IMG/VR virus record: IMGVR_UViG_3300027792_000010
Length of the DNA stretch: 64,000 nt
Source of the DNA: a virus
Strand: one strand, 5' to 3'
The notes beneath the pieces were generated by a model. It worked only from the letters and a program-made list of their open reading frames with translations, made no database searches and was not told the DNA's origin. Below, piece by piece: positions 29,121 to 36,908 of this stretch. Positions within the stretch are counted from its first letter, which is position 1. Every line of letters starts with the position of its first letter. The translations under genes and the position numbers were made by a program.

Positions 29121-29144
29121 TACAATTTTTCCTTAATTATATTG

Positions 29145-29216
29145 TGGGACCGGAGAGATTCGAACTCTCGGTACCCGTATTAAAAGTACGGGGCCTTACC
29201 ACTTGGCTACGATCCC
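29145..29216 (-). tRNA. tRNA-Lys(TTT)
   Basis: Acceptor GGGATCG/CGGTCCC, anticodon arm CCGTA-CTTTTAA-TACGG. Confidence 0.93.
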
Positions 29217-29331
29217 AGAATTTAATCCTGAGTTCGTATAATGGTAACTACAAACTCAGGCTATCGTTTATACCTTTTTAGACGTTTCATAAACAAAACT
29301 ACTTTCATATATAGTTAAATTTTTAAATTAA

Positions 29332-29404
29332 TACCCCTGGAAGGACTCGAACCTTCAACTCCTTGCTTAAGAGGCAAGTACTCTAACCATTGAGTTACAG
29401 AGGC
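29332..29404 (-). tRNA. tRNA-Lys(CTT)
   Basis: Acceptor GCCTCTG/CAGGGGT, anticodon arm CTTGC-CTCTTAA-GCAAG. Confidence 0.93.
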
Positions 29405-29455
29405 GATTTTAGACGTTTCTTATTTTTACTACTTTTCCACACGACCCCATAAAAC

Positions 29456-29486
29456 AAAAAAGCCCCAGAGAAAAATCTCCTGGGGC
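29456..29486 (-). terminator. Attenuator 2 intrinsic terminator
   Basis: GCCCCAGGAGA-TTTT-TCTCTGGGGC then TTTTTTGTTTT; 5' arm alternatively pairs with CCTGGGGTTCTTTTATCT (29517-29534) in the leader. Confidence 0.9.
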
Positions 29487-29514
29487 CTTTATCTAAAGCT
29501 ATTTAGCTTCATGT

Positions 29515-29595
29515 TCAGATAAAAGAACCCCAGGGGCTACCTTTATGGCGCTTTGCTACGACTTTTACCTTTACCACAAACAAACTCATAAACAT
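29515..29595 (-). CDS. Attenuator leader peptide 2, MFMSLFVVKVKVVAKRHKGSPWGSFI (Val/Lys/Arg sensor)
   Basis: SD AAGGAG; codons GTG GTA AAG GTA AAA GTC GTA GCA AAG CGC CAT AAA; upstream of tRNA-Lys x2, Val x2, Arg(ACG). Confidence 0.9.
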   Translation of the reverse strand: MFMSLFVVKVKVVAKRHKGSPWGSFI

Positions 29596-29614
29596 AATAT
29601 ACTCCTTGTATCAT

Positions 29615-29643
29615 AATATACCACTTTGCCGGGTAAAGATCAA
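29615..29643 (-). promoter_or_regulatory. Promoter of tRNA operon 2
   Basis: TTGATC-17 bp (ends AAAGTGG)-TATATT. Confidence 0.88.
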
Positions 29644-29652
29644 AATATTTTT

Positions 29653-30126
29653 TCACTTTTTATATCGCTCAGGTATATTCAAACTTTTAGTACTCTTGGT
29701 AAGCTTTACTTTTGCATCATCATAAGCACGAGCGGCATCGATCTCATCAGGAAATACTCCCAATTCATAATTTTTACCTTTGAAGTGTAAACGGGCTCTC
29801 CACTTAGTCCCATCCTGTTTGGTGACACCACGAAATTTAGATACTGAGGATGTGTGCTTTTTATGGCCTATACCCTGTTTTTTAAGGATAGGTTGTTTTG
29901 TTACAAGATTAAAAGGTTGGGGAGTATCCCCGCTGACGCTATTTAGTATTCCATCAGGAACTACCTCTTCTTTTATATCTGTTTCTAAAGCGTTTCTTAC
30001 TATACAGTCCCCATCATACCCCAACCCATCCAGATAGTCCTGTATACTTTTAATCTCAGTCACACATGCAACTAATCTGCTTTCCAAGGCCGTTTTTACT
30101 ACATCTTTCACGTTTTGCGGTATCAT
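29653..30126 (-). CDS. AP2-domain DNA-binding protein
   Basis: 'SKFRGVT...KWRARL...YELGVFPDEIDAARAYDDA..KL...LN'. Confidence 0.85.
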   Translation of the reverse strand: MIPQNVKDVVKTALESRLVACVTEIKSIQDYLDGLGYDGDCIVRNALETDIKEEVVPDGILNSVSGDTPQPFNLVTKQPILKKQGIGHKKHTSSVSKFRGVTKQDGTKWRARLHFKGKNYELGVFPDEIDAARAYDDAKVKLTKSTKSLNIPERYKK

Positions 30127-30146
30127 ACGCCATCCTTATTGTTAAT

Positions 30147-30758
30147 TTATCCTATAAATACGTAGAACTCATCTTCTGATCGTACCAAAGCCTCTTTCTG
30201 GGACATAGAATAATAACTTCCACGATCTACAAGGATTATCCCAGGTTTTACGCTCCCGCTATCTTCGGAATTGAAGATGTTACTTAGAAGTCTATCCTTA
30301 AGGGGGGAAGAAGCTACCTCACTATCGATTATCGTCTTTATATCGGAAAATAATGCACTACTATTGCACAGAATCCTTGCATTCTGATAATACTTCGCAA
30401 GGTGCAAAAGAAGGCTTGTATTACATGTCCTTCTCGGGAGAGATAAAGAAATACAGCAGAATTCTTTAATATAAGATAGTTTTCCCTTATAACTCTCAAA
30501 CTCTGCCCTACGAGGGCTTGTCAATACTGCCCCGATAGTGGTAGTTATGAGGTCAAAAGCAGATTCATGCATCCCATCTAAGATACTGGATGAGATCCAT
30601 GAGTCAGAGTCATCCTCATTTATTTTATCCATAGTCTTCTCTAAGATACCTATAGTACCCTTGATTAAATTTCTTGCAGCGGTCAAACCTGACTTTGTTA
30701 AATCTGGTATTATTTCGTCTGTAATTTTATTAAGTATCTTATCAGAATTAACTCCCAT
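30147..30758 (-). CDS. Hypothetical protein, possibly a degenerate P-loop
   Basis: 'SLPRRTCNTSLL' resembles PRRxGKT lacking the GK. Confidence 0.45.
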   Translation of the reverse strand: MGVNSDKILNKITDEIIPDLTKSGLTAARNLIKGTIGILEKTMDKINEDDSDSWISSSILDGMHESAFDLITTTIGAVLTSPRRAEFESYKGKLSYIKEFCCISLSLPRRTCNTSLLLHLAKYYQNARILCNSSALFSDIKTIIDSEVASSPLKDRLLSNIFNSEDSGSVKPGIILVDRGSYYSMSQKEALVRSEDEFYVFIG

Positions 30759-30763
30759 ACCGA

Positions 30764-31297
30764 TTACTCCTTGTTATAAAATTTTTCCCATAGTTCTTTT
30801 ATGGCTATGATATGTAGACTTATAGCTTGAGGGGTCATACCTAACGCCTCTGCTATCTCTACACCACTCATACCTTTTGCCGTAAGATCTAATATCTTCT
30901 TTCTTTTACCTGAGACACCACCTGACCTTTGAATTTTATTATAAAAGACTTTCCAATCTATCTCTATATCGGATAGCTCAGAGATAAGATCTTCCTCCCC
31001 GTGAAGAATTTCATCATACTCTATTTTAGTTATGTTATAACCACTCTTATCGCTAGTTTCTCTCTTATGCTCATTCTGCATGAATCTAAACATACAAGTA
31101 GATATGTAGGTTTTAAAGGTTCCCTGTTTCTTGTCAAACCTCGTAAGGACATCATTCTCCAGCATATGAATAATAAGTTTACTAATAAAGTCTTCAATGA
31201 AATCTTGGTTTTTGATGCCAGTCTTCCATATTAACATCTTTCTAAGATCGCCTACGTTCTCTCGGAAGAAAATTTCGTAGTTAGTTGTTTCTTTCAT
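30764..31297 (-). CDS. Sigma-70 family (ECF-like) RNA polymerase sigma factor
   Basis: Region 2-like 'EDFISK...RFDKKQGTFKTYI', region 4 HTH 'GMSGVEIAEALGMTPQAISLHI'. Confidence 0.8.
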   Translation of the reverse strand: MKETTNYEIFFRENVGDLRKMLIWKTGIKNQDFIEDFISKLIIHMLENDVLTRFDKKQGTFKTYISTCMFRFMQNEHKRETSDKSGYNITKIEYDEILHGEEDLISELSDIEIDWKVFYNKIQRSGGVSGKRKKILDLTAKGMSGVEIAEALGMTPQAISLHIIAIKELWEKFYNKE

Positions 31298-31344
31298 TAA
31301 GGTACTCCGAGAGAATATATAATTAGTATCTTCACTATATTAGT

Positions 31345-31995
31345 TTAGAACTTATTTTTTTTCATAGGTGCTGATAACTTATACTCATCTATAAATCTAT
31401 CATATACCATATTGTATATCTGACCATTCTTCGGGTTACGAAGAAGTTCAAACTCTTCTACAGTCCAATGAAACCACCTCATCAAAAATACTCTAATAGC
31501 AATCCCATGAGATACTATAATTACATTATTTGGAAAGTCTCTTTTCTCAAAGTCTCTATGTAAGGTTCCAAAGAATGAAGAGATACGATCAAATACGTCT
31601 GCTCCTGATTCTCCATTTTTTATTCTATAGAAAAAGGTACCATATGAGTCTCTCTCCTTATCTATTTCTCTTAATTCGCTAATATTTCCATAATTACCCC
31701 ATCCCTGTTCTCTTAATCTAGGGTCTTCGTGATATTTTGAAATAATAACTTTTTTATCTTCAAGAGTATCTCTTATAATTTTTGAAGTCTGCTGCGCTCT
31801 GAGCCAGGGAGATATATAAAAAGCAACAGAGATACCGTGAAGGTCAGAATAAAGTTTTTCTGCGGCAGCCTGAGCTTGCGTTATCCCTTTTTCAGTGAGG
31901 GGGACTTTCCAATCAGGTGTGGTCTCATAGATATTTTTATCTACATTGCCTACTGATTCACCATGACGTACTAAAAAAATGTTATAAGGCTTCAT
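31345..31995 (-). CDS. Histidine phosphatase (phosphoglycerate mutase family)
   Basis: 'FLVRHGESVGN', 'SPWLRAQQT', 'DPRLREQ', 'GESGADV', 'IVSHG'. Confidence 0.92.
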   Translation of the reverse strand: MKPYNIFLVRHGESVGNVDKNIYETTPDWKVPLTEKGITQAQAAAEKLYSDLHGISVAFYISPWLRAQQTSKIIRDTLEDKKVIISKYHEDPRLREQGWGNYGNISELREIDKERDSYGTFFYRIKNGESGADVFDRISSFFGTLHRDFEKRDFPNNVIIVSHGIAIRVFLMRWFHWTVEEFELLRNPKNGQIYNMVYDRFIDEYKLSAPMKKNKF

Positions 31996-32015
31996 TTATA
32001 TTACCTATGAAAAAA

Positions 32016-32094
32016 TGGTGGGCCTTGAGGGACTTGAACCCCGCTACTTACTGATTATGAGTCAGCTACTCTAAACCAACTGAGTTAAAGGCCC
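32016..32094 (-). tRNA. tRNA with CAT anticodon, probably Ile2 (lysidine)
   Basis: Acceptor GGGCCTT/AAGGCCC (C4,C5), arm GCTGA-CTCATAA-TCAGT, A73, CCA; one extra base in the T stem. Confidence 0.85.
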
Positions 32095-32103
32095 GTTATC
32101 TAA

Positions 32104-32616
32104 TTAATAAGCTTCACTTTGTGGCACTAATTTTGGTTCACCGTTCTTCATACTTAGATATATAATTCTATATTCCTTGTGTAAAGTAAAAGCCCACCAT
32201 TTATATTGCCTCTTCAACCTTGTAGACTTATAGTAAACAATACGTGTGTCATTCATATCTTTATCTAAATAAGTCTGATAATTCTCAAAAATTAAGGACT
32301 TAAGATACTTACCTGTGGGATCATTAACATAAAACCTATAATAAGTATCATTTACTTTTATTCCTTGGTAAACAGTAATACTGTCATCTTGTAGTTGAAA
32401 AGGAATAACTTTTATCATAGCTACAGGTTCCATCTCGTAGCGATGTGAAGAAACACCTAATGTCGAAGCTAAGAGGGCACCAATAATACTCCCTGCAATA
32501 CTCCCAAAAATGGCACCAACCCAAATGTCATACCTCTGATGGCTATTATTAAACACCAAAACAATATTAGCCCCAAAAATAGCACCAGCAATAAGTCCTA
32601 GTAGTAAGGTGAGCAT
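32104..32616 (-). CDS. Membrane protein (Gly-rich TM hairpin)
   Basis: Two hydrophobic GxxxG-rich segments at the N-terminus. Confidence 0.6.
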   Translation of the reverse strand: MLTLLLGLIAGAIFGANIVLVFNNSHQRYDIWVGAIFGSIAGSIIGALLASTLGVSSHRYEMEPVAMIKVIPFQLQDDSITVYQGIKVNDTYYRFYVNDPTGKYLKSLIFENYQTYLDKDMNDTRIVYYKSTRLKRQYKWWAFTLHKEYRIIYLSMKNGEPKLVPQSEAY

Positions 32617-32888
32617 TTCAACCTATCTCCTTAAAGTCATCAGGAAGAGGTGATGGTAGAGTAGCCTTATATTCTTCCATAGCTTCTGTCATAAGGTTTT
32701 TCAGCTCAGTACCAAAAGTGACTCTATCGTATGACTTTGATTTCTCATCTAAGAAATCAATAAGTTCAAGAATCTTGCTCATATCTACCTCATTGTGTTT
32801 TTACAATATACTTTTTGTTAATAGGCTTTTCAAATTAACAAATTAAATACTTTACAATTTCGACTCTATAGTACCTCATTCTTTAATA

Positions 32889-33377
32889 TTACTTCTGTAT
32901 TTTAACGAGTACTATGGGTTTGGTATTCTTTAGTCTTTTGCACCCTTTGAAGTCTTCTGTCTCTAAACATTTATCACACAAGGTTAGTAAATAGCCTGTA
33001 CCCTTATCTACTGCCCTACCCCCTGGATTACTGCAAGCCTCACAAACTGTGAGGGATCTGCTTTCATATTTTGAAACTAACTCAGTGATTTTATTTTTGT
33101 ATGATGGATTTTTTCCCTGCAGTGTTATATAGTACCTCAACCCAGCAAGCTTCTGCTTTATCTGCTCGACTCTTATTACCTTCTCTGTATCAATAGCCGA
33201 TAATTCTTCAGATAGCTTTTCTATTAGCCCCAACCAACCCTTCCAACATTCAATATGATAACTAGTAATAGGAGGGTCTTCGCTCCTACCAGGGGGAAGA
33301 AAAGTATACTCGAAGAGCGCAGGGTACTTGTTGAAGAGTTCTTTTTGTTTCTTTGCAGAAATACTATAGTTTTTCAT
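32889..33377 (-). CDS. Hypothetical phage protein
   Basis: 'GWLGLIEKL...QIKQKLAGLRYY...TVCEACSNPG' common phage family; behind promoter 33413. Confidence 0.65.
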   Translation of the reverse strand: MKNYSISAKKQKELFNKYPALFEYTFLPPGRSEDPPITSYHIECWKGWLGLIEKLSEELSAIDTEKVIRVEQIKQKLAGLRYYITLQGKNPSYKNKITELVSKYESRSLTVCEACSNPGGRAVDKGTGYLLTLCDKCLETEDFKGCKRLKNTKPIVLVKIQK

Positions 33378-33466
33378 CCAAAGCTCCTGTATTTAGATCT
33401 CAAGTCTTAAATAATATACTATTTGGAGGGGAGAAATTAAAAGAAAAGTAAAAATACACCGTTCCT

Positions 33467-34582
33467 TTAAACTTGGATAAATCCAACTTCATAAGGTTTG
33501 TAACGGGCACCGTACAGCCCCGTAAGAAATCGAGTCAATATGTTCACAGCTCCGATCACGTCGGCGTTGCCTATGTGACCACATTTCAGGCACCGGAACA
33601 CTTGTCCTACTCGATTCCCCCTATTGACATGACCACAGCTTGGGCATGTTTGGCTGGTATAATAAGGAGCTACAGTGCGAAAACTAACACGGTTAGTCTC
33701 GCAAGCTTGCTCAAGCCTTTTTAACCAATACCTATACGCCCAAGTGCCGATAGAACGCCGCATATTTTTACTCAAGCGGCGTTTGAGTTTACTTTTGAAA
33801 TTCATGTTCTTAAGAGCTTCAACCACGACTAAATCGATGTGTTTGAACTCTTTGACAATTTCTTGTACAACTTCATCTATTCTTTGTTTAAAAGCTCTAC
33901 GAGCCTGTTTTTGCCCATTAGAGCCATGAGTGCAGCGTTTGATACGTTCAATACAGGCTTCTGTATCTAAACCAAATTGCTGGCCATTATTAATAGAAGC
34001 AAGTGCTTTTATCCCTGTGTCAATACCGATAGCATTTACACCTTCTTTTTTCTTGCCAGCATCTATTTCGAAAGAGAACTGAACATAGTTATCTGTGAGG
34101 ATGTAGGAATTAAGGCGTTTTCCCTGAAGAGCCAATTTATTATAATGTTTATGAAACTTTATAGGTATATCAAGGATTGTATCTTCACCAATAGACTGGA
34201 GATGGAGCCAAGCATCAAATTCTTTAGAGTCCTCTTTTTCCTGAAGATCAGCTATAGTACAGGAAACATAAGCTCTTTTGCCTTTATGAATGGGCATAGA
34301 GATTTTCCAAGGCTTATCTTTCCATCGTTCTTTTACGGCAGTAATCATATCTATAGCTTCTCTGGCTGCGACCTTTCGGAGCCTAGCGGTGAGCCACGTA
34401 CCATGAGGGATGTCAACAATTTCTTTTAAGAGTTCTGATTTAGAAGGAGTTCCATTCTTCCAGAAGTAATTGATAAAAGTGTTACAGACCCGACCATACT
34501 CAGCGAGGACCTTACGAAGCTCGGAGAGTTTGGAGGCTGTAGCAAATTTAAGACTACATTTAGAAGAACGAATCAGTTTCAT
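33467..34582 (-). mobile_element. tnpB: TnpB RNA-guided nuclease (solo, no TnpA)
   Basis: RuvC-I 'IGIDTG', RuvC-II 'VVEAL', Zn ribbon 'TSQTCPSCG...FRCLKCG', RuvC-III 'NADVIGAVNI'. Confidence 0.93.
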
Positions 34583-34584
34583 AA

Positions 34585-34896
34585 TTAGTCTTTATCTTTA
34601 AACTCAAATTGAATACAGGATACCTCTTCATCTTCAATAACAGGAAGGCCGTATATTTTCATGGACTCTCCTGCTTTTATAGAAATCGCTACAATATCTG
34701 GACAAAATAAAGAAAGCATATTTTTATATGTAGGAGATACTCTAAACCCAGTTAGAATCTTTTTCTGCTCATGAAAACTCTTTTTTACCTCTATCATTTT
34801 ATGCCCAAAATCACACCGTACCAAATTGGCCAAAACTTTAAATTCCGCGGTGCCTGGTAAATCTCTACCGATATTAGAACTCATAAATTCCAGCAT
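34585..34896 (-). CDS. Hypothetical protein
   Basis: ORF track, SD GGAGG. Confidence 0.5.
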   Translation of the reverse strand: MLEFMSSNIGRDLPGTAEFKVLANLVRCDFGHKMIEVKKSFHEQKKILTGFRVSPTYKNMLSLFCPDIVAISIKAGESMKIYGLPVIEDEEVSCIQFEFKDKD

Positions 34897-34983
34897 TGAC
34901 TACCTCCTGTTTTAATATTATTTGAGATTTCTTCTTTTTATTTTTGGCACTTCTACGCCAGTAAATTTTTGAAGAAAACGAAG

Positions 34984-35033
<50 letters not shown>

Positions 35034-35082
35034 ATATCCCCGACCAACTCATTCTCATAACTTTTAGGTAAAGTCTCTTCTA

Positions 35083-35283
35083 CTAATAAGTCAAAACAGT
35101 ACCATTTTCATTTAATGTATCATCTATCACTTTTTTATTATTCTCATATGTATTTTTTGGGCATATAACTAAATTTACTTTATTCTTAACTCTTATACCA
35201 GGTCTATCACCCTTTGGTATAACATATACTAGCATATTTCTATCTTCACTCAACGATAATAAAGCTTGGTGTTTTATGTTCAA
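35083..35283 (-). CDS. Hypothetical protein
   Basis: ORF track; ends with tandem TAG TAG. Confidence 0.5.
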   Translation of the reverse strand: MNIKHQALLSLSEDRNMLVYVIPKGDRPGIRVKNKVNLVICPKNTYENNKKVIDDTLNENGTVLTY

Positions 35284-35325
35284 TATCCGCCTCCTTTTTA
35301 GTGTGAGACGTATTAAAAGCTTATT

Positions 35326-35607
35326 CTATATTTCCACATCCTCTATCAAAGTAGCAAAACAAGGGGTACCATCTCCTACCCACGATCCTATTACGTTAAA
35401 TTCAAAATACTCCTCGGCTTCCTCAGAGGTCATCTTATCCCTCTCCATAAATATTTCTAAACATTTTTTTCTACTAAGGAGGATAAGAGGGGATTGTCCG
35501 AAACGTTCTACCATACCTATGATAGCATCATCTAAATCTGTAGGGTATAAAGCTTCATCATTAATATCACCCATATACTCTAAGAAATCTTTGATCTTAT
35601 TTTCCAT
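35326..35607 (-). CDS. Hypothetical phage protein
   Basis: 'LDDAIIG...MTSEEAEEYFEFNVIGSWVGDGTP' widespread phage family. Confidence 0.7.
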   Translation of the reverse strand: MENKIKDFLEYMGDINDEALYPTDLDDAIIGMVERFGQSPLILLSRKKCLEIFMERDKMTSEEAEEYFEFNVIGSWVGDGTPCFATLIEDVEI

Positions 35608-35629
35608 AATGACCCCCTAATAAAAAAAA

Positions 35630-35732
35630 TACGCCCGGAGTGACTCGAACACTCGACCCATAGCTTCTCTGACAGTCCTACTAACGACTGCCCGAGAAGG
35701 CTATTGCTCTAATCCAACTGAGCTACGGACGC
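35630..35732 (-). tRNA. tRNA-Arg(TCT) with a 28-nt insertion in the anticodon loop
   Basis: Acceptor GCGTCCG/CGGGCGT, normal D and T arms; deleting 35667-35694 restores ATAGC-CTTCTAA-GCTAT. Confidence 0.85.
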
Positions 35733-35738
35733 ATAATT

Positions 35739-35813
35739 TGGAGCGAGGTGCGGGAGTCAAACCCGCCAGATTCACCTTGGAAGGGTGACGCATAATCGAT
35801 CTGCCTACCCCGC
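35739..35813 (-). tRNA. tRNA-Gly(TCC)
   Basis: Acceptor GCGGGGT/ACCTCGC, U73, CCA, arm TCACC-CTTCCAA-GGTGA; T loop TTTGACT. Confidence 0.9.
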
Positions 35814-35853
35814 ATAATTATAATATACTATTTGGTATTCTAACTTTAAAGTA

Positions 35854-35936
35854 TGGAGCCTGGAGAGGGAGTTTCACCCTCTGGTCGCTTTATCCCCGAG
35901 CGAGTGGGGACCCTTAGCTTCAAGAGCTATCCCGGC
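35854..35936 (-). ncRNA. tRNA-like RNA with CCA end and a pseudoknot-capable hairpin replacing the anticodon arm
   Basis: Acceptor GCCGGGA/TCCAGGC + T + CCA; T-like arm GAGGG-TGAAACT-CCCTC; D-like TAGCT/AGCTA; TCCCC-ACTCGCTC-GGGGA whose loop TCGCT can pair with downstream AGCGA. Confidence 0.55.
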
Positions 35937-36209
35937 ATAACTTTCCATCAAAAACTCATTAAACTTTCTCTCCTGCATAGTAAGCTTATCTTTTTTACTC
36001 CAGTTTGCTCTGCGGGGATTTTTACACATAATACAGGAGCAAAGTTTGGTGGTATCCCTTCTTATTTGAGCTTCCTTCTCTATGAAGTCTGCTCTTTCTT
36101 TTTCTGAGGTTAGCCACTTAGCAGTACTGCCGTAATAACCTAATGCACGTTTTTTCCCCAACTTCTTACCGATGAGGAAGCGTTCACGCTTATCTTTTGG
36201 ATGTGACAT
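35874..36209 (-). CDS. Small basic Cys-containing protein; 3' end overlaps the tRNA-like element
   Basis: 'RRDTTKLCSCIMCKNPRR'; ORF track. Confidence 0.6.
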   Translation of the reverse strand: MSHPKDKRERFLIGKKLGKKRALGYYGSTAKWLTSEKERADFIEKEAQIRRDTTKLCSCIMCKNPRRANWSKKDKLTMQERKFNEFLMESYAGIALEAKGPHSLGDKATRG

Positions 36210-36357
36210 AATGTATCCTTTCCTGTATTGCGCCCCTCACGAGCGCATGCTTATGGATTTCATTATGCCCTCCTTTAAAATAAGTTTAATTCGAACCTGG
36301 TAAAGAAGTTCGAAAGCATACCTCTAAAGTACAATTTTAAGTATAAATAAATTACTA

Positions 36358-36430
36358 TGCGGGTGAGGAGAATCGAACTCCTGTCACTACATTGGCAATG
36401 TAGCATACTAAACCGCTGTACTACACCCGC
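36358..36430 (-). tRNA. tRNA-Gly(GCC), A73
   Basis: Acceptor GCGGGTG/CACCCGC, arm CTACA-TTGCCAA-TGTAG. Confidence 0.9.
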
Positions 36431-36444
36431 TTAAAATTACTTTA

Positions 36445-36521
36445 TGGTGGGCTGTGAGGGACTTGAACCCCCGATCTTCTCGTTATGAGCGAGCTTCTTT
36501 AACCAACTAAGATAACAGCCC
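36445..36521 (-). tRNA. tRNA with CAT anticodon (Ile2 favoured, elongator Met possible)
   Basis: Acceptor GGGCTGT/ACAGCCC, loop CTCATAA, C4-G69, U12-A23, A73, CCA; the upstream leader has two ATA codons and no internal ATG. Confidence 0.85.
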
Positions 36522-36534
36522 TTAATAAAAGATA

Positions 36535-36606
36535 TACCCCTGCCCGGAGTCGAACCGGGACGCTGACAATGAAAGTGTCAGGACCTAACCGTTAGTCTAC
36601 AGGGGC
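36535..36606 (-). tRNA. tRNA-Glu(TTC)
   Basis: Acceptor GCCCCTG/CAGGGGT, arm TGACA-CTTTCAT-TGTCA. Confidence 0.93.
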
Positions 36607-36628
36607 GTAATTCAATATTCATAATAGA

Positions 36629-36640
36629 TGTCAAAGATCA
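36629..36640 (-). promoter_or_regulatory. boxA-like antitermination sequence
   Basis: TGATCTTTGACA between attenuator 3 and the first tRNA; resembles rRNA-operon boxA. Weaker TGTTCTTTTAAA in operon 1 (about 6414-6425). Confidence 0.55.
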
Positions 36641-36648
36641 TATAAAAC

Positions 36649-36686
36649 AAAAAACCCCTGCCTGGATTTTATCCTGACAGGGGTTT
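36649..36686 (-). terminator. Attenuator 3 intrinsic terminator
   Basis: CCCCTGTC-A-GGAT-AAA-ATCC-A-GGCAGGGG then TTTTTTGTTTT; 5' arm alternatively pairs with CCTGACGGGG (36712-36721) spanning the leader stop. Confidence 0.9.
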
Positions 36687-36716
36687 GAAGTCTTTGTAAT
36701 GATATTATCATCCCCG

Positions 36717-36785
36717 TCAGGTTGGCTTTAGCCTTCCTTCTCCTTCTCTACCCTCTATACCTATGGTAGCTGGGATGTAAAACAT
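36717..36785 (-). CDS. Attenuator leader peptide 3, MFYIPATIGIEGREGEGRLKPT (Ile/Gly/Glu/Arg sensor)
   Basis: SD AAAGGA; 11 consecutive codons ATA GGT ATA GAG GGT AGA GAA GGA GAA GGA AGG; upstream of tRNA-Glu, CAT, Gly x2, Arg(TCT). Confidence 0.9.
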   Translation of the reverse strand: MFYIPATIGIEGREGEGRLKPT

Positions 36786-36870
36786 GATACTTTCCTTTTT
36801 TATTTGGATAGGTTGCCCGATGGTACCATCCATTTACAATTTATTAACAAATATTATAACTTTCAATATT

Positions 36871-36899
36871 AATATACCATTTTGAGATATAAAGATCAA
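36871..36899 (-). promoter_or_regulatory. Promoter of tRNA operon 3
   Basis: TTGATC-17 bp (ends AAAATGG)-TATATT. Confidence 0.88.
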
Positions 36900-36908
36900 T
36901 AAAAAGTT

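Noticed and set aside
35854-35936. tmRNA fragment
   Set aside because: No G3-U70 alanine identity pair and no tag reading frame; too short.
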